Source: Balanoglossus misakiensis (Eukaryota; Animalia; Hemichordata). From it: a stretch of 64,000 nt of DNA. Numbering within the stretch: position 1 is the first letter of the stretch; the number at the start of each line of letters is the position of its first letter. Below, in pieces: positions 36,098 through 48,779 of the stretch. Both the position numbers and the translations under genes were made by a program. The notes beneath the pieces were generated by a model. That model made no database searches. It was not told the origin of the DNA and saw only the letters and a list, made by a program, of their open reading frames with translations. The DNA lies in contig CM082577.2 in the NCBI GenBank assembly GCA_040954595.2, positions 124,001-188,000 of the forward strand, written 5' to 3'.

Positions 36098-37509
36098 GTG
36101 TGCCATTCAAAGCTTGTGTTGATGCAAGATACTCGATACGTCCACTTTATGAAAAATTAAAAAACAGCAGAGAGTGGCAATCCATGTTCATACATTAATC
36201 AACGCACCGAGAGTCTATTGTTTATTGAAAGGAGGGAGAAAAAGCAGGAACACACTGAGGACCATTTTTTCGGAGACATGCTTTCCGTTTCTGAATAAGC
36301 GTATAATATAATGTGTCATTATCACGATTTGATAGGTTAAAATATGAAGTAAGATTTCGATGCAAATAGAAAACATTATAGCCTCCGGTTTATTTTCGTT
36401 CCGCACTTTCTTAATCGAGTGAAAGCCCATATTGCACTTGTTATGATGCAGATATCGCGATTTTTTTATCCGAACGCGATCGAGCCAACCACTCTCGGAT
36501 CACTTAATTAAAAGTCGGTATATTTCAGATTTAGTATTGCCTGAATAGGAGTAGCTGTGTGCGAGCAATATTGGATATCGCAATGCCCATTCCAATATCA
36601 ACGGACTTCGATCTCGCCATTTGAGATTTCTTCTTTTTCCCCAGACTCAGTTTCATCTCAGACAAGTAACTGATAGTTGTCTGAGGTTTCCGTATCTTAG
36701 AGATGTCCTTTTTCAGTCAGGAATGTTTACCCTTGAGGCCGTCTTTTCACTTATCGTCGTTTGCCAACTAGGCGGGAAACCATCTACAACCGAGGAATGC
36801 GCGCGACTTTTATGTACAGTGTTTTATTACTAGGGTAAAATCCAGTCGGAAAGACACACAAGATGTAGGTTAAAGTGTATAGCGCCGTACTATTTTTCGG
36901 ATACCAGCAACAGCGCCAGGGTTGCATTGGTATGGCGTACACACAGTATGCAAATTAGCTAATTGATTATGCATGTATCTTATTGTCGTTCTTCCAGATT
37001 GATGAATGGCTTGTATAGCACGGATCAATATTGGACTGAATACGGGAGCAACAGGGCCCGGCAATGCTAAGTGGCCGTCTTCATTATTTCGCACTCATTT
37101 GTTTATAGTTACTCAGCTAGCTGTGATCATCGCGGTGTTGTCCCTGGACCCCACTGGAAACTGCGAATCAGTGTTTGGGTCTCGCAATCTCGGTTTTGCC
37201 CGACCTCCGTGCTATCGCAGCCGATAGATATGGTGACGGATGGACCTCTGCCAGCAACGGGCCCTGACAACGATGCGTAAACCGACGCGGAACCGCCGGA
37301 CAGTGGACCAAACAACAGGCGTTTTTTAACGAGGCAGTATAAAGTGCGGACCGTCCTCCATGATGGATCTTGTGCGTAAACGGTGACAAAGTTCGTCTGC
37401 GACACACTGCTGCGCGAATACAGACAGTCTCCAAAAGTCTTCGGCGTTTCACTTGGAAACCGTCTTCGGTTCTGAGGATCACCTGTGTGTAGTGAAGGCC
37501 TGAAGCGAC

Positions 37510-38493
37510 ATGTCCGACCAAGCGGAACCGAGCTGTACATGCGGTGGGGGCGAAGGGTCGTCAGCTACCACAATCGCCGTGACACCGACAGCGACCATTT
37601 CTACTAACGTGTCCAACTCCACCCCGAGGTATTGCACCCACCGGACCAAATACCGGTCGACCAAGAGCGAAGGGGACCAGCACTCGCTGTCGTCCGGCTC
37701 GATTGACGAGAGGGACCTGATGGACATGAAACTGGTCAAAATACGGCCGCAGTTCTCGGAGCAGAAGGAACCGGAGGCCGCAGTGGCACCGAAGACGTCG
37801 TCTTCGATTGTTGTGAAGAAGCATCTTGTAAACGAAAGCCTTGACAAGTATGTGGTCCTCAGGCAGAAGTCCTTTCACGGGTATTTGCGCTCTAAAGACG
37901 AATTACGAACACTACCTTTGACAGACCCCAGGGACAACGACGTGAACGGGCCCCAGTCCTGGCTGCACCGGTCGAAGACGGATCTATACGTGGAGAAAAG
38001 GTTCGGCAGGAAACAGAAACAAGACAGAACTAACAACATTTATAATTTGGACATGGGCGGCTTGAACCTCTTAAATCTAGTCGAAAATCTGCCGTCCACG
38101 AAGAAGGAATACGCGGCGCAGAAACGAGAGCGGACTGCCGACAAAATTCGCAAGGGGCTGACGACGAGCAAGTCCCAGCCCTTGGAGCGACTACCGCCGC
38201 TGACCGCGGATAATAATCCCAACGAAGGGAAGAAGGCGAAGAAGACAGAAGGCAAAGTCCAAAGGCCGTGGAGCGATGGAATGCAAAATGTCGGACTGGA
38301 ATCCCACAAAACCGCCACGCCGCGGTCTCAGCGAAAATCAGTAACTGTGCCGCTGCGCGTTTGGGACTCTGGACCGTCGCTAGATTTCCTACTCGTCAGT
38401 CACCCCAAAGTAATACACACAAGGGAACCCTTCCCCATGAATGCCATGATGGCGAACGGCGTTGCTAGGCAGCAAGCATCACCCCTGAAATGA
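37510..38493 (+). CDS. Uncharacterised single-coding-exon protein (327 aa; basic, largely disordered)
   Basis: GC-elevated 327-codon ORF with ATG, RLPPL and RPWS motifs, and short hydrophobic blocks (KYVVLRQKSFHGY, IYNLDMGGLNLLNLV, VTVPLRVWDSGPSLDFLLV). Confidence 0.8.
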   Translation: MSDQAEPSCTCGGGEGSSATTIAVTPTATISTNVSNSTPRYCTHRTKYRSTKSEGDQHSLSSGSIDERDLMDMKLVKIRPQFSEQKEPEAAVAPKTSSSIVVKKHLVNESLDKYVVLRQKSFHGYLRSKDELRTLPLTDPRDNDVNGPQSWLHRSKTDLYVEKRFGRKQKQDRTNNIYNLDMGGLNLLNLVENLPSTKKEYAAQKRERTADKIRKGLTTSKSQPLERLPPLTADNNPNEGKKAKKTEGKVQRPWSDGMQNVGLESHKTATPRSQRKSVTVPLRVWDSGPSLDFLLVSHPKVIHTREPFPMNAMMANGVARQQASPLK

Positions 38494-41406
38494 ACATCTT
38501 GTCAGAATGTCTGCGTGTCAATTTCGTGTCGGTTGAAAAAAACTATTTTAGTTCCACAGTTCGGGGTGTTGTTAGCCGGTAATTTTCAGTTAATCGAAAA
38601 CTCAATAGCGTTTCCATGATTGTAATATTTTCAGTGGAAAATGTACGTTTAAGTGGACTTTGATTGATATTAACGTGTAACTTGGCATTTCGGAAATGCC
38701 ATGATGCAGATGCTTCTCTGGCATTTCAGTGGGTAACTGTACATTTGCAATGCCACGGACCACATGCACTCAGCAATATTATCGAGCTGCATGTCAAATT
38801 TTGAGGACAACTCATCGTTCTGCCCCTAGCTACCCATGACCTTCACGGCCCGCCACATGTCACAAATTCTCAGTGACCCATTTTCGGCTTTAATGGTAGT
38901 TGTGTTGCAGACATACACGGGGGTGTTGTCGTTTCATTAATCCGAGTTATTGCAATTGAGATTAAGCATGACTGCCGGGAATTCAAATTTGGTTGCAACC
39001 ACATTTGTTACAAAGCGTGTACAACGGCATGCAGCTAGAATACAAGTATTTGTAGGTGTGTGGTTTTAATCACCCTAACGCCGATCCTTATCGTAAAGTA
39101 AGGTGAAAGATCTCATGATAAAGACGTTCACACAATATGCCGTTTAAATTTAATCTGTTAAATTTCAGATTTTGAGCAAGTTTCCCGACTCCGTGAAATT
39201 GTTACAGTTCTTCAATGTTAGTTATTATATCAACGCTAAGACGTTGCTATGCAGAACAGTGATAGCAGACAGTTATATTTGTTTCAGATAGATGGATTAA
39301 TTGGGCTTGTTTGAAGTCTTTGTTTTGTTTGGTTATGACCCGAAATGTGCATTACCCTTGATCAAATAAGACAGACTAACTTAATTATTAACGATTTCTA
39401 GAAATGATATCACAAATCGGGTGATATAAAACGCGATGTCATTTACACAGTTGTCATTTTGTTTTGCCATTTTTGACTTCCGTTTATGCCGAGAGTATAG
39501 GCTTGTTTCGTAGACTCCTCGCCTCGATGATTTTTTTTCATTAGAATGCGACATCGCTGGAATTCGTCCACGGTTTATCAACCGGCTGTGCCAAACGATG
39601 GTTTTAGTTGTAATACACCTGTTCGCGTCTGCGTTAAAGGAGATTTAGCGAACAATGCGTGGACAGTGTGACCTGTGTGGATTTTGAACGCCGCAAGCAA
39701 GCCAACGAGTTCTTCCATAACGCCTGTGTCGTGTCAAAGGCTCAGGCCTGCCCACTACAAGCTCCGGATCCCGCATTGATGCAAATGACCTAGGCGACGG
39801 ATAAACAGACTTTGCAGACCAAACAAGACGAGGGGTTGAAGGCCATGAGAGTTTTGTCAAGCAACGCAAACTATGTACCTCGGCGATTAATGTTGTAGTA
39901 TAGGCCTCATATGCCTTTGGAATTCTCGTCGATACATCGATTTGACATACTTTGGACCTATTTATAACCACGGTCTCCAAACTGTGAGGTTTGCCGCAGC
40001 GCTAACGACAAAAGCGTGTAGCTATGTGTGCATAGGTAATACATTTCGAAACGGTCTTTTTTCACTCATACATACAATCCCTCCTTGGCATTGATTCTTG
40101 ACTTATTTCTTTGAAATGAAAGTGTGTGCGCCGAGATACAACCACGCCACTCAGACACGTCCACCCCACTCAAGTTTGAATTATTGATGAGGGAGAATTA
40201 AGACTTGGGGGTAAAGTATACAAACATGACAATGGGACATCTATGTAATTCTCCTCCACAACAAATGGGTATTTATGAATGCTACTTGTAAGATTATAAA
40301 AACGGATCCTTTCAAAACGGATAACAATGAGTGATTTTCATCGATGCATCAATACTTTTGTTTGTCGGACAACGTACTGACACTGCAGGGAAAATGAACT
40401 TTCGCCTTGAGAGAGACAGGGTTGGGAAAAGCTAACATGGCAAACATTGGTGAACGGGAATTCATCGCCCGGCAAAGGGGAAATCGCCGGCCAATTACGC
40501 AACGCTACGCCGTCCACTCTTCGTTTTTTTATGAACCGAGCTTTTCATTGTTTTATAATTTAGAGAAAATCAATATGGCGGTCATGGAACTCCTTAGTGA
40601 CTACCTCACAATGTATGTGATCTGACGTAACCAGGGCAATAAGAGTTTGACCTTATTTTGTGGCATGTATATCTCATACAGGTTTGCTTTAAATAACATG
40701 GGGTATAAATTTCGGATCGAAAGCTTTATCGGCAGAAGTTCAAATACATCCCGTTAATTACGATGCGTTCATGTCGATCATATACCCATAAGTCCGTCCA
40801 CTGCTAACAAAAATACCAACTACGCATTATTTAAAACACCGTTTCAGCGTTTCCAGAAAATTTATACGAAGAAATGTTGTCTCGTGAAGAACCGCTTTTC
40901 TGTGGTTGCTATTTAAATCGTTGTAAATAGAGACGTGTGCCAACTGTATTTAAGATTAACTCAATGTCAGTAGATTTTTGTTTCATTTTAGTATTATTCG
41001 ATATTATATCTTAAATGCATCGAGCTATTCACATTCTGTTCTATTCAGTTGCCGTATTAACAGACCTAACTGCTTGAACTGAATGAAACTCGGATCCAAT
41101 TGTTTCTCGCAGCAATTACGAAGTCTTGTTTTCTTTTTCCTGTTTACAAATAATGGAAACGCTTGTTAAACGAGACAATTATCACCAAAGTCAGATTCGC
41201 CATGCATTGTTGTAACAGAATGCCTCTGCCGTGCATTGTAACAACACTTCCTACCTTCGTAAGTGCACACACTGCAGCTACCCCTAAACACCAAATTTTA
41301 ACAGAAAAATCGACGAGTCTGCACCCATCACTTGTTGTCGCGCATTTCTGGCGAGTTTCTGGCTTTGGTTGTCGTACTTGTTTCGGTGGTTACTTCTAAA
41401 CAAGGC

Positions 41407-41420
41407 GTCTCCATGGAAAC
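41407..41420. promoter_or_regulatory. RFX X-box-like motif GTCTCCATGGAAAC
   Basis: Near-perfect X-box match upstream of the 47733 gene. Confidence 0.5.
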
Positions 41421-44400
41421 AAAACCGGGGTACTGTGGCTCTACCAAAAACTCTTGGTCGATATCCCTTTCTCTGTCTGTGAAATTGTAAATAGAACTGT
41501 AATTATTATTTTTCTAAAAATGTGGTAATATACACAGGTGCGGCAAACTCTATGTAATATATTTATACATTTAGCGTGAATACGAAAGTCAACAGAACTG
41601 AAAACTTTTTTATAATGGAGTCCCTGTCCTTTCACACGGGGTACCTTTTAATAAAAAGGACTGGCATGTAAACAAGGCCTTCCCTTGTAAATAAAAAAAA
41701 GAATTATTTTACTTTTTCTTTTGTTGTCATTGTGAATAGTTGTTATTTGCTGTGTCGTTGTTTTGTGTGTCTTCCTCAGGAAATTGTGTAAACGCCAATT
41801 GAATATTCTTACTTCAGGACAATGCCGGACCCCCAAGGGAATGCTGTTTGAGGTTGCATTAACCTGTGGTGGTCACCTCTCTCTGGAGCATTGACTGCCG
41901 GGAAATGAAGTCATCACGCTAGAGGTCGGCAGGGGTTATCTCCTTCAAACATATTTGTGTGTTTGTCGAAGTCGGAATATTTTCTGACAACGACGAATAT
42001 TCAAGCGCAATGTTTTCTTACCCACCAACCCTGTTGCTGGATTTTAGTATAATCGTTTAACATTTGTTGTGTCTCAAGTTCAACTTAATAGTGTAGTGTT
42101 TTGAACACCCACATGAAACTTGGCCACTAATGTCATTAAATTCTCAAAGCAATGTCTGTACTTTATAAGTAGCGCAGTGACTGACTTCAATTGTGTCGGT
42201 GACATTTAAATTTATATTCCTAAGGGGTAAGGCCCCCTTTACTGCTGCCTTTCAGTGACGTCATACGTTTCTTTCCTCGTGAGATCACAAAATCTTTCGG
42301 GTTTTAAAAGCCCCCGTTTTTGTTATATTAAATGTTGGTATCAATACTTCGGAATGCCTGTCAATTAGTTCGTTCGCGGCGGATTAAACGCATTCCTATG
42401 TTATGAAGAAGCTGTTAGAAAAACCTGTCAGACACACGTTTCGATTGTGTTCGTCGTCGTTATGGTGACCAGGCAGATCGATGTCGCGTGAGCATGCGCG
42501 GTGGGGTTCATTTTCCGCGAGAATACAGAAGTCAGTCCCCGAAAAGTTATGCGTTGATATATGAAGGATTTCGATTACCATGACTTCTAAATACCAATGT
42601 CACTAAAGCAAAATATTTTTTTCAAAGATAAATCAAATAAAAATAATTCTAGGTCACTGTTCACCCAAGAGCTGAATTAATAACAGCCAAAGATAATACG
42701 CTTAGTCGGCAGAGATAATAAAGCAACGTCACAGTAGCTTGAGAAACCCATTCAAAGTTATACACCATTTGTAACCAACAATGGACAGAGCATGATCATC
42801 ACTGGAGCTCGTCGCATTGTTACGCACGCCAGGACAGTAACGATGGCGGCTCCTGTGACCTGACACGTGGTAAACTTTAAAACGCCAAGCGTGTACGGCA
42901 CTGACCCCGACCACTCCTACCCAGCTATTTGGTCGACCCAAGAGTTCACAAACTGTAAATTTATTCCACTTCAAATATTTCTGCCAGGCTCACAGTTGTT
43001 ATGTACGCATGTGAACGACATTTTAAACCACGTTTTGTGACTGAAATCTTGAGCATCACAGACATTTGAATTATGCTTTTTCCCGTCGTGTCATTTACAT
43101 TTAATAAATTGGAACGTGATAAAACATGCACCGTTATCTCTAAACGAAACTTCAAAATGTTAGTTTCTCGGGGGAGGGGGCAGACATTGATTCCATAACA
43201 GCACACTGCCAGTCACGGTCGTGACACAGACAGAATTTCGTAGCCGGGAAACTGTATATATCGGCGGGTGGACACTATTGGCGCGGGGATTTTAGCCATG
43301 CACAAGTAGCATGTACAATGAAAAGAAAGGGATTAATTTTTGCCAATAATTTACACTTGTGTTCATCTGGAGTGTCAAACTTGATAACCCTGTGGACAAT
43401 AACAGTGTCGACTGAACTGACCAAAATTGATCGGGCGCCAGGCAATACTCTTCCCGCGTTCTCCTACGCAACCAAATAATTCAATTACTTAAGAATTTAT
43501 CAAGTTGTTGTAAAGTTTCATCATAGCTCTCTAGAAAATCGTTCCAGAAAGTGCCAAGGCACCGACAACGAGGTCGCAATTGTGGCGAGTCAAGCCGCAG
43601 TGGTTGGGTTTTTTTTTTTACATTTCGCGTTGATAACACCTTATATCTTGTCAGTAACCTCAGAGCATGTTCTAATTTGTTATTTTTCCAAACCGATTTG
43701 TCGACATTGCTTGTTTGTGTTTTATCTTTTCAAGGTCAATTTCAGCGACGTATCTGTCCAAAAATAAAGTACAATTTATGTTCATTGACCGAGACAATGA
43801 ACAACAAACCCCAAATAAATTGCTTGTAAATACCACGGTTGGTCGCAGCAACGTCGTATGCGGTTGCATTCATTGATATCTTGTATAGAAAATTCGAGTC
43901 TTTTTCCACTCACAATCATGTAAACATCTTTTATTTATGAGTGATAAAAATCGATACCAAACCGTGTTTTTCCAGTTTGGCTTATCTTAATTTCTATTCA
44001 GTTCACCGTTGACTGCGTCTTAGATCGATCATCCGCTGTCTCGTTGAGCCAATATAATAACAAGTTACTGAGTATAAATTATTGTATATCTTGAAAATGC
44101 ATGTATGCATTTTCTTCGGACTGTGATAAAATCTAATCATCATCCCGCGGAGACTATATGTCTGCCATGCTAAAGATAACGCAAAATCTTTCAAAATATT
44201 CACCTGAATCCTGTCAGTCAATCCAACCTGGCTGTCTGTCTGTCTGTCTGTCTCTCTGTCGGTCGGTCGGTCGGTCTACATGCCTGCCTGCCTGCCTTTC
44301 TATCTGTCTCTGTGTTTACCTGTCACTATCTCTGCGCCCCCTTCTCCATTGCCCCAACCCATCCCATCGCTGTCTGTCAAGTCCTTCCGTCCCTCTCCCA

Positions 44401-45384
44401 ACTCCCTTCCTCCATTTCTTTCTCTTGTAATACCCTTTCCATCATCGTATCCATGTGTTTTTCATTTCTGATCAGGGATGCAAAATATATCCCTGCTGAT
44501 TAATGTATAAATATATTGTAAGTCAAGCATTCGTGAGTATTTAAGTGAAAATGTGTAGCTATCGCAAGCTTTTGAGACTTTTACAAAATATGCTCAAGAC
44601 ACACAAAAAGTAAAACTATTCATCTAAGTCATTGATTATTTAGATATCCGTTTTCAGCTCACCAGCTTTACGTGCTTTGATATTTCTTTCTTGTGAAAGA
44701 CCAGTTCTGAATAACACCGACGGAAGAAAATACGCTTGAAAAAATAAGAATCGTGTTCAGATCGACCCGATTTTTATCGGAGCTTTTCATACTCATAGTA
44801 TTGAATTTATTAGGTGGAAATGGGCTTTCAATCACCCCATTAGTCTGTGATTGCGGCTTGCGCTTTATTAGTCCCTTCTAACTTTCTGTTGGCAACCTTG
44901 CAGTCACGTGAAGACCATAGACGGCTAGCATTTTTTTTATATTCTGTATGCTTCAAGCGTCGGTGTTGCCAATGACAACCCGGGTTCGTGGTACGATAAC
45001 TCCATTGTAACGTGTATAATACCCACGTTGTGTCGTCTCCCAATGTGATTTTAATGTTCCTGGCGCACTCAAAGTAATATAGAAAAAGTGTATACATGTA
45101 GATCTTTGTATAAAGGTAGTTCGTTCCGTGTAACAAGGGACTATTCGATCATAGTTACAGGGGTTGTAATATGCCGTTTATCATTTACATATAGTATCAC
45201 GTGACCATCCATAGCGTTCGTAACTGAAAATATTCTATCCGATTCACTTTTTTTTCTCAAAATAGCATGTTTTATACAAAGCTGACCCTTTTTCCCTTTT
45301 GTTTGCCAATAAACAGTTCCGTGCGCAGACAAATTTATCGTTTATACTATCTACAGAAATGCACACGTAAACAAATATGGGCCT

Positions 45385-45570
45385 TTAAGGAAGTACGCGC
45401 CTCGGGGACAGATTTTTCAGAAAAGGACAATCCTTCAAAACATCGAATTTTATTTGCTATATCAAAGCGTGTCGGGAGTCTTTTTGAAAACGAACTGAAG
45501 AAGAAAACTGGGTGTTCACCGTTTTCGTTTCCAATTTTCCTGATGACCGTAGAGGGCGCGGTTACCTCAA
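45385..45570. mobile_element. Short non-autonomous DNA transposon, TTAA-flanked (Kolobok/piggyBac-like target)
   Basis: TTAA then GGAAGTACGCGCCTC at the left end; GAGGGCGCGGTTACC then TCAA at the right end (imperfect TIR and degenerate TSD). The left end is homologous to the end of the 21995-22341 element. Confidence 0.5.
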
Positions 45571-45685
45571 GCAAGAGATGATGTGATTGATCAGCCTGTA
45601 CAAAATACCAGTATCAACTTATCGGGATACATAATTATGTCAACTTTTCTCTTACACTCCGTCTGGGCCCTATGGTGAGTTATCG

Positions 45686-45687
<2 letters not shown>

Positions 45688-45722
<35 letters not shown>

Positions 45723-45740
45723 ACAAATAAATAAATAAAA
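45688..45740. repeat. (AAAT)n microsatellite followed by a (TTTG)n tract
   Basis: Read directly from the sequence. Confidence 0.9.
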
Positions 45741-46853
45741 AACATTGTTTGTTTGCTTGTTTGTTTGTTTGGTGTTTGTTTGTTGTTCACTATATGTTTA
45801 TCTGTGTTAGCAAGTGCCAAAAATAGTGCACAACACGAGCTGCGTACATTCATAATTAAGCTACCAGTTCACGAAACATTGAGTAAACTGCAATTTAACT
45901 GTCTTTCGCAAATCGTGAACTGTGCTATACTCCAAAAATGGCATTCCAGATATGTTACATCAATTTATCGTCTACCAAAATGACATTGAAAATGTCAGGT
46001 TTATTAATTATAAGGTCAAAACCGTGGCTACGTCGGACTTAGTCTGGTCCCCTGCCCCATCCCCGCCTCTGGCTGCGCTGCTCAAGGGAAGGGTCAGGTA
46101 TGGGCCGCCATTTTGGTCAGGATCCGGAGATATTGTGTATGGAATGCCAAGAGATCTGTTCCAGCTGTTAATGACGTAAGTTTTCCGAATGCGACTCATC
46201 TTCAAATGACGTCATCAGATAATCTGTTACGTCATGACAAGGGCTCACATGGAAGAGAGCAGAGCGCTGACTATCGATAATTTAGCAGGTTTTAGAAAAA
46301 TAGAGTTAATCAGTACGAGTAATTCCAGCTGTGAAACAAGTGAGACAAATCAAAATAGCGGCTCTGTCCCACCCCCTCTCCACAAAACAGTATATGCCAC
46401 TCAGAAACGTAAACCTGGGGCTCAAATTTTTACCAATTTCAAATATTGATACATACTTGTTTTTAAAAAAAAATCAGGGGTTACGCGATCCGCGTACAAA
46501 ATGATTGCTTTCCATTTGGGGGTATCACGATAGTGAATCTTCTTGTCATATACACAGTCCTATTTGTTTTGTTTTCATAATTATTCCTTGAGAACTGAAA
46601 TTTGCCGAAACTACGTCACCAAGGTGGGTCTACTAAGAAAGGATGGCGTTCAGATATTGGTCGTTTATTTATTTTTAATAACTAGATAGTTACGTCATAT
46701 TTTTAATCGATTTTGAGTCGACGCAATTGCAATGTAAACATGAAATGATCTATATATCGCAAGTTTGCTTGTGGGGGAGGTTTATTGAATTTGATTTACA
46801 TAAGACGACAGGGAAAATCTGACATCATTCCACGTCGAAGCAAATCGTTTTAG

Positions 46854-46868
46854 GTTACTATTGGCAAC
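46854..46868. promoter_or_regulatory. RFX X-box-like motif GTTACTATTGGCAAC
   Basis: X-box with 3-nt spacer, ~0.9 kb upstream of the 47733 ATG. Confidence 0.5.
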
Positions 46869-47732
46869 ACGATTCCTCTACTGAGTGTAGTCAGTGAAGG
46901 GACTGTGTTTCCATGGAGGGACATGTATTGAGGCGGAGGGACAGTAGTTAGCGATCGTCTCGTCGATGATCACTCACGAAATGAAATTTCAATCGGATAA
47001 GTTGTATCTTCCCGCGCCGATGTCACAAATATAATGCAAAATGACCTAATCCCATTAAAATAAAAATTGTTGTAATTTTTTTTATTTGTCCTGTCGAACT
47101 TCGCGTGCCCATGAAGCGGCGCAATTATTTTGCTTTACTTACGCGAAATGTCTGCAACTAAGCGCATTTTTTTTCATTATTAATGGATAATCGATGTCTC
47201 CCCCTTCAGAAAGAGGCCATTGGATAATCATTGCTCCGTTTGGCAATTTAAGACCCCCCCCCCCCCCCCCGATCGATACTGTTTTATTTCCATTTTGTAA
47301 AGGCACACCTCGATCTGGACAAAGTCAATTCGTTGTGGTGAACTGCGCTCCTGCTTGACTACGACATCCAGGCAGAGACGTGCGCGGCTATGCGTGAGAC
47401 GTAGACGCCCCAGGGCCGCACTTCTCAAATTTCTTCTCAATTCACCTTGCCAAAGAAGTCGTGACATCTGAGTGGCAAATTATACCGTGTTCGCGGGTCG
47501 CCTGTTGCCTCCTGATTCGTGTTTTCTTTGTGACGAACACTGCTCCAACATTCCAATGTTTTACAACGCAACTTGATAACTCCCTATCGACCGAGAGGAA
47601 ACAAACGGCGCGGATCATGCCCTGGGCTGCCAACGAGAAATACACGAGGGGACCTCCACTAATCGGAGATATCTACAGGTTGGTTTAAAGAAGAAATTAG
47701 ACTTCGGCTGTCGGTGGTTTAGATCTGCAAGT

Positions 47733-48779
47733 ATGGCAGTGGTCACCATGCCGAAAATCAAGACACAGGGCAAAGTCACGTTCTCTGAGGAACGTTCCAA
47801 GCAGAACGTCGTCGACACGCTGGCTACAGTCTTCGCGGGACAGACGAGTCGCACCGCCGAGAGCCAGAGCTACCGGAGATGGCTTCCCGGGAAGAGCAAC
47901 GTCGGCAGAATCCTGCTGCACGACAACGGGAGTCAGGATCGACTTCTCGGCATGAAGGTCTCCGGAATCGGCAAGGCGCAGAGGAGAACGGCCGCTTTTC
48001 TGGACCAGCAGCAGAAAACGTTCGTGAATCGATTGCAGAAGAAACAGGATACCTGGGTGCGGGAACATTCGCGCCGAGCGCTCGCTCTGAACCAGATGGG
48101 TCCGAAGAAACGGCAAAATCAAACGCAGGAAAAAGAGGAAAGGGCAGCGCCTCTTGCCGTATCGCCCAATGACATCGTCATCGAAGAGAAACAGAAGAAA
48201 GAGTCCAGACAGAAAGAGAGCGACTCGCTACCAAAGATCGGAAAGCCCGGAAATTTAATAGGGAGCGCAGATCAGGACTCGGTACCAGCTGGGTTTCGTA
48301 ACCAGAGAGGTTTTCAACGTTTCCCACAAATTAAAAGACCCGACGAGGAGGCCGTGGAGAAAACTGACCAAGAAAAACAGCATGAGTCGGTGAAGGCTGA
48401 AGAGACACCTAGAACGGCCGACGCCGCAGCCCCGAAGGCCAAGAAAAGACCGACAAAAGAAGCGAGCACGGAGACCTGTATCGGCGAGGCCCTGCCGCGC
48501 ATCCGAGTCGGGTATCCCGGCAGCAAAGGGAGGAGGAAGATCTCACGGAAATGCTCGCCGCCCAGCGCCGGGGCCACGGACCCGATCAACGACGACCGCT
48601 TCCATCAGTTGACGGCCTCCCTGGTCTGCACTGACGTCAAGAAAAACGAGATTCGCGACGTGGGTGCCTTGATTGCGGGTATCAGGTGCGGAAATAGATA
48701 CCTCAAGGAATTCAAGAAGCGTTGGAAGAAAAAGAACACCCAGTTTAAGACAGACATTGATGAGTTTTACCTCACGTAA
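47733..48779 (+). CDS. Uncharacterised single-coding-exon protein, family B (348 aa)
   Basis: agtATGg start and a GC-rich ORF. ILLHDNGSQDRLL...FLDQQQKTFVNRL helix and INDDRFHQLTASLV are shared with 943-1971. Four [LMF]PxI motifs. Confidence 0.85.
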   Translation: MAVVTMPKIKTQGKVTFSEERSKQNVVDTLATVFAGQTSRTAESQSYRRWLPGKSNVGRILLHDNGSQDRLLGMKVSGIGKAQRRTAAFLDQQQKTFVNRLQKKQDTWVREHSRRALALNQMGPKKRQNQTQEKEERAAPLAVSPNDIVIEEKQKKESRQKESDSLPKIGKPGNLIGSADQDSVPAGFRNQRGFQRFPQIKRPDEEAVEKTDQEKQHESVKAEETPRTADAAAPKAKKRPTKEASTETCIGEALPRIRVGYPGSKGRRKISRKCSPPSAGATDPINDDRFHQLTASLVCTDVKKNEIRDVGALIAGIRCGNRYLKEFKKRWKKKNTQFKTDIDEFYLT

